Source: Podarcis bocagei (Eukaryota). From it: a DNA stretch of 64,000 nt. Positions within the stretch are counted from its first letter, which is position 1. Every line of letters begins with the position of its first letter. The notes beneath the pieces are model-generated. The model was given only the letters and a program-made list of their open reading frames with translations, was not told the DNA's origin and did not search any database. Shown here in pieces: positions 12,101 to 25,100 of this stretch. Both the position numbers and the translations under genes were made by a program. The DNA is taken from assembly GCA_964188305.1 (NCBI GenBank), contig OZ076885.1; one strand, written 5' to 3'.

Positions 12101-15044
12101 TCCTGAACATTCAGTGTGTTTCAGCTGAGGTGCAAGTTGGTAAGGCAGAAAAGCAAACTGGGGAGAAGTCTGAAGGAAGTGAAATGGGAGCTGGTGGAAA
12201 GCAGAGGAGCCTCTGTGATGATTGTATATGAGAGACTGCACATGTAAAGATAGGTACAGGGCCTTCTTGGTGGTGGCACAACAGACTCATTTTTAGATTG
12301 TGCTTAAAGTGGTTTTTATTTCTGAAAGCATTTTATGATTGACTCTACAATCTTTATTTGTTTTCTCCTGGTTTTAGTGTTCCTGTATCCTTAGCTTTGG
12401 GGTGATAAGAAAATTAACAATAGCCATTTGGGTGGGTTGGGGGAAGCATACTTGAATAATTGAACAATTTAAAGGCAATAAATGAACCCATCATCTTTTC
12501 TGTAGCGTGTGGCCTTGCTGGATGTTCTTGCCATTCTCTCGCCTTCCTTGCCGTTCTATTCCTCCTATCCTATTACCTTTGAAGCTCTGAAGCAGGTAAG
12601 AAAGTAGATTAAGAGTCTGGGTCAGCAAAGGCCCATGACTATTTCTGCTTAAGAGTCCCCAGTGGGATTGCAGTTGACACCTCTTGCGGATTCTGTTCTG
12701 CATTCCAGGCTCATGGCTTCATGCTCTACCGGACCCTTCTACCACAGGAAATCGTGGAGTCTGCCTTACTCAGTGCCTCTGGGAATGGGGTCCATGATCT
12801 TGCCTACGTTCTGCTCAATGGAGTAAGGTGGAGAGTGGGGACCTTCCTAGTGGGTAGGGAAGATTATTACTTAGGTAAACGGAAGGGTATAACAAGTCCT
12901 AGGCCCACACTCTGGTTCACTGCATTTTCATAGGATGGGTCAGAGCCTGGAGCACACAGGAGCTTTGCTTCAGCTCTGTCTTGGAGCACCAGCTAACCTT
13001 ATTTCTTTCCTGCTTCAGGAGTACCAGGGGACACTGGAAAGAGACAGAGTGAATGGGATCAATATATCGGGCCAGCTTGGGGACACATTGGACTTGGTGG
13101 TGGAGAGCATGGGTCGCATCAACTTTGGGGCCAATGACAGTGACTTTAAGGTGCATTTGAAAAGGGAGCCTGGGGCTACTACTGCCAGAATAGTTGGCTG
13201 AAGGATAACACTTCCACTATTGTCAATTGGAGGCATGCATGGTTGGCATGGACTTAAAGGCTGCTGTCTCATACGCATACGGGAATAACTATGGAATTCA
13301 AGCTGTACAATCATAATCAGCACATTACTATGGCAACCACAGGAAGAAAAGTCATTAAGTGGTCCACCAAGGCGCACTCGGCAATTTTCAAGTGGTCTGT
13401 GGGGAACCACTGGACTAGAGTCTAATGAAATAAGTGAGGGCCTTCTCTGCGTTTTGGAATGTTGTATTGTGCTGCCTTAGGAAATGGGCTACAGTTGAGC
13501 TGAAGTGGGGCAGTCCCACTTTTTAGCCGCTGCAAGATCTGATGTGACTTAAGTCAATAATGTGAATGGCAAAATAGATCTAAGAATGAACACTCAGGGG
13601 TGTTGGGGTGCACTGCTGTGCTGGTTATTTGCCAGCTATCTACTCCACCATTTCCTCTTGTGGGTGCTTTTCTAACCTTATTCTCGACTGCACCTAACCT
13701 GCCTCTAACTTATCTTTGTGCCCAGGGTCTGATCCACAATATCACACTGGGTACCTCCATACTCAGTGACTGGATCATCTACCCACTAGACATAGACACA
13801 GCTGTAGCCCATGCATGGCCGCCAATTACCCAGTCAACCAGTGGGCACACAGGACCTGCTTTCTATACAGGAACATTCACAACACCGGGCATCAGCGAGG
13901 ACTCCTACTTGAAGCTCCCAGGTTGGACCAAGGTACTGCAATCCTCAGATTAACTCCAATTTATTCAATTATTAAACTGATACCTGCCAGTATTCAAAAC
14001 TCCCATTGTTCCTTTTGTGACAGGGAATTTCATTAGCGCGAGCAGTTTCTGCGTTCTGGGCGTAGTACTGCACCTAAAATTTCAGATTAGAACTGCAGAG
14101 TAGAAGGAAAGGGGGACCATTTTCTGCCTCCCCACTTCCAGCTATTCTCTGAAGACTGGCGAAGAGACCCTCTTAAGAATATTGGGGGCAGGGGGCTGGG
14201 AAGGAGTAGACCATGTTAAAAAATGAACATATTTTAGCTGCAGCTCATTCATTTTAAGCTTTGTATTCTTGTTATAAAAAAGGGTGCCTAGACATTCCCT
14301 TGTTGCACCCATAACCTAAGTTTAAGGTGCCATTTAGCTCCCAGCTTTCATCTCTGTTTCTAACACTAATACCCACCCTTCCTCCTATGGCATCATAATG
14401 AGTAGACCAACCTTCATTGAGACAGCTATGTTCTTTCCCTCAGCTTTTCTGCTGTGTCTAGTTATGGGAAAACGGGCTCCTGCCACCCAAACAGCTAGTT
14501 GCCACTCTTACACATTGATAATCTTAAAACAGTGGCTGGAGAAAGTGTAATAGTATCAAACTAATGGTATATTAAATGTTAAGACCATGGAAATAAAGTC
14601 AGTCTATGCCCACCTACCCCCTAAGAAATTGTGCTTAAAATCAGTGCAACGTGTTTTGAAGGAAACATGTTTCCCACTGCACCCATCAAGCTGTGTTTGT
14701 TTCAAAAGATCTAGGCATAAATAACAGTAGATAAAAGTGGCTGTTGGAACCAAGAAGAGTAGTGTTTCAGGGTGCTCCAAAAAATGCATTGTTTTATAAA
14801 AAACCCTTCTCATGTTTTCACCCAGGGTCAGGTCTGGATCAATGGTTTCAATCTGGGCCGGTTCTGGCCAGTTCGTGGACCGCAGCAAACTCTCTATGTG
14901 CCTGGCTCATTCCTCAGTGGCTCAGCCATCAACACTCTCGTCGTTCTTGAACTGCAGGAAGCCCCAGATAATCCCAAAGTGCTTTTTGTTTCCCGCCCCC
15001 TTCTCAATGTTACCTACAACTACACCCACAAAGACAGGAAGTGA
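5156..15044 (+). CDS. GLB1L: Beta-galactosidase-1-like protein (GH35), 16 coding exons, 630 aa
   Basis: Exons 5156-5209, 6485-6657, 7625-7775, 8185-8245, 8726-8820, 9316-9496, 9589-9647, 10235-10356, 10749-10789, 10900-11018, 11942-12016, 12506-12595, 12709-12822, 13019-13150, 13726-13932, 14826-15044 (1893 nt, all GT-AG, phases consistent). Signal peptide [18 protein letters not shown]; GH35 motifs [36 protein letters not shown] (acid/base Glu), [12 protein letters not shown] (nucleophile Glu), [24 protein letters not shown]. Synteny favours GLB1L over GLB1. Confidence 0.95.
5532..5900. mobile_element. Tc1/mariner (pogo/Tigger-like) non-autonomous MITE
   Basis: 22-bp TIRs CAGTGGTGCC(T/C)CGCAAGACGAA with 1 mismatch; TA at 5530-31 and 5901-02; internal TTAGCGGCTT / ATCAGCTGAT repeats. 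Confidence 0.85.
6108..6144. repeat. (TG)n microsatellite
   Basis: Direct reading. Confidence 0.95.
7229..7429. mobile_element. GC-rich hAT-like MITE
   Basis: Termini CACTGGCGGAG ... CTCCGCCACTG; near-identical 8-bp flanks AGTGTGTG / TGTGTGTG. Confidence 0.55.
11533..11588. repeat. (CTT)n microsatellite
   Basis: Direct reading; explains the poly-Leu and poly-Glu ORFs in the track. Confidence 0.95.
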
Positions 15045-15329
15045 GAGGAATTACTGTCCAGCTACGAAGTTGCTGAGATCTGCACGTGTTACTCCAAGGG
15101 GAAGACTGAAACCATCACAATGTAGGAGGCAAATGAACAGAGGGCACTGTCAGATGAAGGTCCTGTGCTTTTAAAGAGTAGCCCAGGCAAAAAAAACAAA
15201 ACTAGAAACAGATTGTAAGTATAAAAAACCGTTCAGCGGAGTATCCTTCACAGCTGCTGCTGTATAGGGCACATTACCATGGACAGACTCTTGGTGCCTT
15301 AATATGGTGTTTTAGGTACTGGACCTTGG

Positions 15330-15335
15330 ATTAAA
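15330..15335 (+). terminator. Candidate GLB1L poly(A) signal ATTAAA
   Basis: First common PAS hexamer I found after the GLB1L stop (15044), followed by a GU/U-rich stretch near 15363-15375. Confidence 0.5.
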
Positions 15336-15368
15336 TATTCATACACCTACCACAGTTCTGCATTGTAG

Positions 15369-15374
15369 TTTATT
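15369..15374 (-). terminator. Candidate distal ANKZF1 poly(A) signal AATAAA
   Basis: TTTATT on plus; further minus-strand AATAAA at 15702-15707 and 16074-16079. Confidence 0.5.
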
Positions 15375-16133
15375 CATTCACAATACTTTGAGAGGCTAGG
15401 GCAGGGGAAGAGAAAGGTATGGAGAAAGGCAAATAAGAATCGCTCCAGTTGGAAGCTGCCCAAACAATGCAATGAAAATAGTGGTGGTGGCCATCCAAGG
15501 GGTGGCAGAGATTGATGACATGGCACAATACCCCCAACCTCTATGCAACATTAGAAGGGAGAAATTCTCTGCACCACCTTAAAAAGGACATTTGTTGTAT
15601 CTTGACTCATAAGCCTTCTTCTATAACTTGTTTTGCAGTAACTTTTAGAGACATAGTCAGGGCTAGAGATAGCAGCTGGTCCATGTTACTGTAGCTATTA
15701 TTTTATTTGAGGAAATAGCTGATCAAATAGTTCTTTTCCTGGAAAAAAATTCTCATGAGGATTCTGTTAACATTGGTATACTTGGAGCTAGCAAAGAAAC
15801 TAGTGTCTCACCCTCTTCTCTCCAGTCTCTAAAAGGAACCTGTACTCCTTTCCTCATGGAAAGCAGCCTTCCAATGCCTCCTCCAACCCCATTTCCCATA
15901 CATAAAATCCTGCTTCTAGTGTAAAATGGAAGAAAAAGACCTTTTAGAGGTGTCATTTCTCAGCCAGTAAGGTACCAGCTGCCCAGGTTAGCCTCCTCTG
16001 GAGTACACAGAAGCAGCTAATATGTTTTTGCTGCACTTCCTCATCTAAGTGACAGCAGTCATAGACTAGATTTTTTATTTCCATTCAGATTCTAGGAAGT
16101 AGATCATTAAGGCCCAAATTTTAAAAACCCTAG

Positions 16134-19100
16134 CTAGGACAGGGCAGCATTTGCTTGTCGATGAGTTCGCAGACAGTTCGTGGAGCAGAAGGAGAAGTCA
16201 AGGTAATGGAAGGGAATGCGGCCCAGTAGCGACTCTCCACATAGCCAACAGCGCCTATAGATACCAAAGAGACAGCATGAGCTTGGGATCATTGTAGCTG
16301 GAGGTCATGCCAAAAAGGAACACACCACTCACCCACCTTACCTGGTATTGGTAAGAGTTGCACTGGAGTCTTTTAGTTGGGAAGCAAGTCTCCTCTCAGC
16401 TGCCAATGCACGCTAAGAAGCAATACACACATACTATTAGGAATAACATCAAAGAACTGTCCCCCAGGGTCTATAGGGAGAAGTGTCTTCATCCCATTGT
16501 ACAAAATCCTATGTAAAACAAGCAGTTCACTTAGGAGGATGTGCAAGGATGTTCCAGAGCTGGGTCAAACTATAAAAGCAATCTGCTTGTATGTCACATA
16601 CCAAGTCCAGAGTTAGCCATGTTCCTTTTGTTCAAGGGAGCTTGTGGAAACTAAAAACTAAACAGATTTCACCAGAGATCTTCCTAACAGGAGGGCGTAA
16701 GTATTTTAGTAAAATGCAGCAGAAATGCCCTATGATATTTAAGTCCATCAGAATAACACACACGGTTTACAGAGCAGGAACAGACTGGCTCAGAGTAGCA
16801 GGTTCCAAATTCCTTCCTCAAGGTAACTTTGGCTGTATAGCAAAGACTCAGGAAGTAGGACAGATCTGTGAGTTATTCTCTATCTCAGGAGGCCTTTCTT
16901 AAATATAGGTCATGTCCATGGAAAAGACAGAGATGCCTACCTAGATTCAGGACATATCCCAGCATGACAACATTAAGTAGATCTTCAAGATCCTCATTAC
17001 ATTCTAAAACAAAAAACCCATTCTGCTTGTCTTGCACAGATGGGTTCAGAAATGGCAACAAAAACACTCCAAAGTGGCCGATGTTGCCTGGTTCAGGAAA
17101 AACAGTATAATACGTCTTATCAAGTGTCTTTCTCAGGAGATACTAGAACTAGAAGGATATCCACACCAACAGGGATGACCCAATATAACCAACTGTCAGG
17201 ATAAGGAAAGGAAACAGCAAAATCTTTTCTTTACATGAAACCACAGCTTCTCTCAGACAACATTGGTCAAGCGAGCTCTTTGTGATCAGCACAGCAGATG
17301 ATGCCATGTATCATATCAGGAAACTTGTAGCACCAGAAGTGATGCCATCATCTGTTAAGTCGCCTTTTCTTCCTTTTAGTCACCTGAGTCTTAGGCTCTC
17401 ACCTTCTCACGATCACTCAGCAGGGCAAAGCACCGTTTCTCATCCTCTTCTTGCTCAAGCAGCTGCTGTGCCTCTCGTTTCTCTTTCTCACGCTGCTTCC
17501 GCTGGGCCTTTTGTGCTTGGCGGCGTTCTGCCTGTCTGGCTTCCATTTCTGCCGTCAGGGGTCCAGGCACCTGCAATTACACAGTAGATGTGGATCCAGC
17601 AGAAAAGGGCCCGGGCCCGGCAGCAAGTAGCCAGAAGAGATCCTGAAAGGGGCTCGAGTCTCCCTTTGTTCTGTGTATGTTGCTGCCCTACTACATCTCT
17701 GGATGCAAAATCCCTAGACACCATCAAAATTCATTTCCTTCCCATCTCTGCTCACTCCAATAGCATATTTAGAGCTGGGAGATTTAAACAAACACACACA
17801 AAAATCCTTCATACACATACCCAAAGGTATCTTCCACTTAAATTAATGCCTGTTTGAGTGAGCATTTGATTAAGAGAAATCCAGGGTGCCTTTTGCACTG
17901 AGTGTGAGATTCCAGAGAGATATGCAAAGGAAGGGTACGGGTGGCAGGGTCTAAAAGAGCCCCCCACCCTAAATAGTTAAGTTACGTGGGAATTAGTGGA
18001 AGGAAGACAAAAAGGACTCTGGAATTCTTCTTATCAAGCGTTCCCTTCTTAAACTGGAAGCTGTGCAACTCAAAAACTGTCCAAGGTCAGCAACATACAA
18101 GAACAGATAAGGAGTCTTCTGTGGGCAGCTGGCTTGGCCCAGGATTATCAACTTGCACTTGCCTTCTATTTATTCACAAGTGTAAGCGTCCACATTAGAC
18201 ACTTTCCAATTCTTCATACATGCATCCAGAGCATTCTACATACATGCATCCACCCACCTGGGCCCGGTCGTAATCATATTTCTCAGGCTGTTCACCCCTG
18301 AACCTTCGGAATTCATTACGAGTTTGTTTACTGGCAGAAACACAGTATGGAGGCTGTTCCTGTCTGTCCCTGGGGAGGAAACACAATGTAACTTTAGGTC
18401 CAGATCTGTGACCTACACCACAGGCTGCCATACGTCCAGATTTCCCCAGACATTACTGGGATTTCAAAGGGGGAATGGACGTCCAGGGGGAATTTCCAGA
18501 AGGCAGCGCTTTGTCCTGGATCTTAGGAAAGTCAATCAAAAATTCACTTTTTGGGGGGCTTTTGGGGTGCTCTGGTTGTTATTTTTGGAAATATGGCAAC
18601 CCTAACCACTGTAGAAGATGACACTGCTGGGAAATGGAAGCAGCATGTGCCACATCACTTTTGTTGCTTCTACGACTGGGTACTGGAAGTGAGAGAGAAG
18701 CCCAAACCATCCCAGACTATGAACAGATTTGAAATTTGTCCCAGAGGGTGGAATGTCCTCCAGCTTCCTATGCTTGCATAGTACTTGGACAAAGTGGCCC
18801 TCAAGTGCTCTGGCCCTTTGAGAACAACTAATTCTCAATACCTCTGAAAGACCTGGGCTCAGACTTAATGTGTAACTGAGTCAAGGACAGCTGACACTCA
18901 AGAGCAGCAGCTTGAATTTCATGGGGTCAGCAGTTTGACTCAGAGCAGAAGTGCAACTCAAGAACCAAGTCTTAGGACTCTAGGCATCAATATAGTCTTC
19001 TCAAGCTGGGCATTACCTAAGGGATGGGTCAGCCCCTATCTCCAACAGCAGCCGCACAACTGTACTCCTTCCAGCTGCTGCCGCCACATGCAAAAGGGTC

Positions 19101-22100
19101 CAGCCACTCTCATCCAGGGGTGAGTTGAGCAATTGCTGCGGGGTGATACCATTGCAGTCATCTGCTTTATCTGCTGTGCTATTATCTCTCCCCAGAAGAT
19201 GCTGTAGTGCCTTCAAGTCTCCCATCTTACAAGCTGTGAACAAGGCATCTTGTAACGATGTGCTAAGACCTAGAGGAAGGAAGGAAGAGTCTCACATTAA
19301 CCATGAAATATCCATGTTACCTATAAGGGTAAACAGAATGTCAAGTCTTGGATCTGCCACTCCCTTAACCAGCACAGGCTTCCAACCTACAATAATGGCC
19401 CAAATGGCAAGTTGTTGTAGAACCCCTTAATATAAAATGGAGTGGGGAAGTGCAGATCTTGCTGATGCTCACACAACCACCCCCAAACTCACCATCATAT
19501 TTCAGACAATTCTGGGTCTTGGGTGACTCCTCTGTTCTGGGCAACAAAGCCTTGGGCTCTTTCACACCTCCTGAAGTCTCAGTGGAGGACTCTGCTTCAA
19601 AAGAAAGAACATGCAAGGTGTTGTTTCCTCTCCAGTTCATTTTAGTCTATCAGTACCATTCTGATCCCCGTAACTTTGTCTGGAATGACCCAGAAATGCA
19701 TGAATGATGGATTCAGATGAACTAACCAGCATGCAGGACCCATGTTCTAAAAGCCCACCCCTCTCTCCCAATGTGCTCCAAGTGTCACTAACATCATGGC
19801 TAATAGGATGCAGCATGAGGAGAGCAGTCCCAGCGAAACATCAGTTTTGTGATGCTGATACTGTTCCACACGAACAGAAAGGCAGGAGAACTGCGGTTCC
19901 CTTTTTCTGCTTGGGAACAGCTGATCATCAACGGCACTGCTCTGACTCCAAAGCTGCAGCAGCAGCTCCTGCTTTTAACCTTAAGACTAGAGATGGATGC
20001 AGTCCAACCTATAACACTGAGATGATGCAGATTCAGAAGGGGTAATTTAGAAGGGTGGTTTAAGACAGCCTTCATTTGCGCTCTCTTAAATCTTTGGAAC
20101 CATCTCAGCTGACACTGACTTCTCTGGGTCTGCGGTGGCTCCTCTTCAGCCACACAAGTCATCCCATGAAAGGCAGGTAGTATAATGAAATCCAGCACAC
20201 CTATCAGATTTCACTTTAAAGCCCCAGTCCTCATGAGTAAAGAAAGCAGAACAAAGATGTGAAAGCACTGCCTCCCAAAAAGTAGAAGAGGGTGGACTCT
20301 CTTGCGGCAAGTACAAAACTGATTTCCCCATAATGCAATGTCCCCTCCACCCCGCCTCTGTCTACAGGAATCCTATGTGTTCTATATTATCATGTTGGTT
20401 GCCATTCTTCTATTGCACATTTTTAACCTAAAACAGATTACCTAACAGAGACAGCGGTGCTTTGATCAGGTAAGATGTTGCCATTTCTGCAAATGCTGAA
20501 TGCAGTTTGTCCCAGGGGTTTGCTTTAATGGAATATCCAATGCTTGCACAACTTTCTTCCCAAACGGACTGTATTTCAGTTTCTGGGTTGTAGCTTCTGA
20601 CTTTCTGTGAACTAAGGTCCCTCTAGATTATGGCCCAGGGCCCATCATGGCTTTCTTATCCTGGGAGCCTGCAGCTTGATAGGAAGCAGCTGCCAAGGAC
20701 ACCAAACTGTGTGGCTCTGGTCGGTGTCTCTCAAGGCAGGCAAATAATTTAGCCATTCTAGAAAGAGAATGCACCCACTATCTGTACCTAATAATAGGTC
20801 CATTACCTCAGCCACCTACCCATCAGTGTTTTTTGTTTCTTCCTTCTCTTCTTGCGATTTAATTTTGGTTCCACTTCAAATTCTCGGAGTTCCAGTGTAC
20901 TCAGTGTCTGCTCTACCAACTCCAGCTGCTGTAGACTATTCTCTTCCTCCTCCTTCTCCTCCTCTGGCTTTGCTGCAGAGACTGTAAGAAAATGGGATCA
21001 CGGTTAAGCCTTTCCTTCTCAGCTTCTGATGAACAAAGTAGGGATCATTCAATGAACTTGAGGATTGGGGTATGGAAGGTGATCCAAATCAGCCTATCAG
21101 TCCTCCGTCAGCTGAACTGCAGCCACTGCTAGATCACATCCTACACATTAGCAGCCACCATCGTGATTTCAGCATTTTCCTGCCTGCAGCCCTCTTTCAG
21201 GGCTCTCCATAAAGCCATTTCCCAGTGGAGACAGAATCCCCTGCTTTACTGCTTTCAGCAGCCCATCGTGGTCTTTCCACCCAATAGCCTAGGTAATTAT
21301 GATGGTAAAAAGTGAACATAGCATCTGCAGTGGATGAAGGATTGCTACAAGGGTAAGGATGGCAAGGCTCTCCAACTCACTAGTGTCTTGACTCTGTGAA
21401 GATGCTTCATCCAAAGGAAGGACCTTTTTCCAGCTCTTCCGAGGGGAGGAAATCAAATCTGCCACTGCTGTGTCTTTGCCTGCCAAAAGAATCAGAATGG
21501 TGTTTTCTAGGATGGAAATACTCTTGGTTTCATACCCTCCACTCCCACTCCTAATGGCAGATTTCTAGATAGACAATTCACGGTGGCCCAATTCCAGCAA
21601 GAGCAAAAGAGCTAAAAGAAACAAACAAGGTCAGAATAGAGATATGGGAGGGAAATGACACACACACTCCAATCCTCCACCCCATCCCTGGGCCTCCACA
21701 TCTCTAGGCGAGAACCAAGATTATAGTCAGAAACAGTATGCACAAAGACTTTGGAGCATCATTTCAAGTACTTGGGTACTAAAAGCTGTGCTCACCATAC
21801 ACTTGCAGACTGCTCAGAACCCCATGCACCCGCTGCACCTCGTGGAAGGTGGCTCTCCGGGTGCTGAAAGGAATGCCCCGGATACGGGGATCATCTCGCT
21901 GAAGAGGGCTATTTTTGCTGCCAAAAAACCGAGCTCGGTTGGTGCGAGGGGCACGAAGGAAGATACACTCTGCTCCTTGCAAATGCCCTGTCCAGCTGGC
22001 CAACAACTCCTGAATATCCTGCAGGAAAAGACAAGTATAACAGGTAGGCCCATCGTTGTTGCCTTTAGTGCAGCCGAAGTAACCACAATGAAGGCTGAGT

Positions 22101-25100
22101 TGCATAGGGTCTGAATGTAACCATTGGTCACCTATTTCCAAGAGATCCCCAGTGCCATTTATACATAAAATATATCATTTCAAAAGAGAGAATGCAGAAA
22201 CAGTCTGAATGGTATGGAAGAGCTTCATTTCTCAATATGGAATCTGCAGCAAGAAGGGATTACTTAGAGATACCCAGTGCAATGCCTTCCAGATGTGGTT
22301 GGACTCCAACTCCCATCAGCCCCAGCCAACAGGGCCAATGGTCAAGGATGATGGGACTCATTGATGGACTGCATCTGGAAGACACCACATTGCCTGCCCT
22401 GGTCTACATCATTGGGACTAGAGTGGTCTATCCTCCTCTTCTGTCACTGTTTTAATGCACAGACTACTGACAAGAACTGGCATAGACTTGCAGTAAAAGT
22501 CAACTGCATCTTTCCTTTGTGAAGGCAGAACAGCTGGGACAATCTTACTCAAACAGCAAAGCTCTCAAATAGCTGTCACCTTTTCATTTTGTGTGTTCAC
22601 CCTTGGTTCTACTAGGGTCCGCACTCACCTTGAGCAAGGCAGCCTCATTGTAGCGCCGCAGTGTGGCCCCAGCTGATTTTGGCATAGACCCTTGAGCATC
22701 TCTCACTCCTTGGGCTGTCCCTCGGCGAGCTCGCACTGTATACCGATGGAACGTCTTATGCTCCAGCACCTCATTTCTGGGAAGAAAGTGACGGTAAGCC
22801 TACAGCAAAGACCGACATCCAGAATAATCATCTTAGCATGAATGTCTTCACTAGGAACCAAGTCTAGCCAAAATGGACTCAGGTTTTATCCATACCAGGA
22901 ATATGGAACCTGAGGCCTTCTAGATGTTGCTGGACTCCAACCACCACTGGTCCCAACTAGAATGGCCAATGGTCAGGGATGATGGGGCTCTGTAGTCTGA
23001 CACTATCCGGAGGGCCACAGGTTCCCCACTCTTTTGTAAGCAATATTGAGATGGATGGATCAGATGTCTTTGTTCGTGTTAGGCTGAAGTGGCTTAGGAA
23101 AGGATGAAGACCTTTTATCTCACATCCTCAAGCTCACAAAATGGGCTGCTTGATATTGCATGCATCCATGAAGACCTCAAGTTTCTCCAGGGAGGAGGTG
23201 CTGGTGAGTCAGTATTGAGTGGAGACTGTTTTTGCACACACACATTATGTGGTTGTTCTTGGCTGAATTTGCTTTGCCTCATCATGATTATGCTTTGCGT
23301 CCACTTCTAGCCTTCCTGCCTACTGATAAACTCCTTGAATCCAGGGGATGGAGAACCTGTGGCCCTGAAGATGATGTTGGACTACATCTCCAACATCCAC
23401 CTGGGCATTGGTCATGTTGGCTGGAGATGATGGGAGTTGGAATCCAACATCAGGAAGGCCAAAGGTTCCTCATCTGATTTGCACCTTGAATGGGGTCCAG
23501 CAGATTACAGATATAAAGCACTCTACATTCCCCACCCACCCAATCTCTCTCTTCATGAACTTCCAGGAAACTGCTTAGTGGAGACCATGAGATGAGCATT
23601 AACACTGGCCTGGAAGCACATGTGGGATCGTGGTTTATCAGCCTTCTGACACAGTCACACTCTTAAGGCAGCTGTTACAGCTCGCAAGTTGACAGACATC
23701 CCCCTCTGTGTTCTTACCCCTTAAAGATAGCTCCTGCAAAGTGTCCCCCGCCAGCCATTAGGATCACCCAGGAGGTTCCTGAGCTCTGTCTCTGAAGGGA
23801 CGCCACTAGCTCTTCAGGCTCCTCCACACTGCCCTGGATGGACAAAAGACCCCTTCAGTTAGCGAGAGGTTACTGACTGAGCAATGAGAGCAGCTTTCAG
23901 CCTGGCTGTTAAATAGGGATGGGCAGGGTGTTAGCTGGTCCCAAACAGACAAAAGGATTTCAAGGGATGTTCCCTTCCCACAGAAGTTTTGGAATTGGGG
24001 GAAATGCTTCTTTCATCCTGCAGAAATTCAGGTTTCTTCTAGGAAAGCATCAGGTACAAAACAGAAAGCATAGCTGTCAACGTTTCCCTTTTTAAAAGGG
24101 AAATTCCCTTATTCCAAATAGGATTCCTCGCAAGAAAAGGGAAAAGTTGACAGCTATGAGAAAGAATATCAGGAAAGCAAAATGGGCCAGTTTGATGTTA
24201 AAAATTAATGGGCAAGGAAAAGTCAGTCAGGTGACTAGAGGAACTGTGCAGGACTCAAGAGAGAAACCCACACATTTATGGCAACAAGCTGGCTGAAATT
24301 ATAATACCTGCTTGGGAGGAAGAGTTTGCAATTAAAGCAAGATAGTAGGTGGGAAAATTAAGACCAACCACTTTTATGCTTATTGCAACAGACACTAGAC
24401 TTCCTTTAAAACCTGGCCACAGCATTATCCTCTTGGTGTGTGTGTGTTCATGATAGGCATTTATCATTTGGTGAGAGACAGCTGGTAACTAAAACAGAAA
24501 GGGACCAAAAGCCAGAAAAGGAATGAGGTCCAGTAGGCTCTTTGTGACATGCCTTCATAGTGTTTAGCACACAGCGATAGACTGAGATGAGCTGGCCTTG
24601 GGCATTTCTGAACAGAACCCGCTGGGAGCGTCGACATGGAGAGGGGCTCCGATGACTGCCTTCACTGTTGGGTGGTTCAGATTCATTGTCCAAGTCAGAG
24701 TCACTGGAATCCGACCCAGAGATGCTGGAGACATCACCTGTGGACCAAGGTAGTAACAGAAAAGAAAATCACACAGTCAAGAAGGAAGTGCATCATGTAA
24801 CGGATTCCAGAAATCCTATTTCTGGAATTTTATATCTGAAACTCCTGCCCACAAGGCAGAAAGACAGAGCATTCTCATGCAAAGAAGACAGTTTGGACTG
24901 GTAAAGCTGGAAAATTCTCTACTTAAGACAGCTCAGGACCACAGCAGGGAGGAAATATATGTGTGGATCTAGACGACTGAGCTCCTTTGGACATACATTT
25001 GACTAATGGAGTATGTTGTCATAGCTAGAGTCAAACCAAAGGGGTCATTATAGTAATGAACTGGGAAATGAACTAGCATCCCATGCTGGATGAGATTGAG

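Noticed and set aside
19800-20198. 132-aa minus-strand ORF as an extra ANKZF1 exon
   Set aside because: No convincing splice sites; the flanking exons already join in phase.
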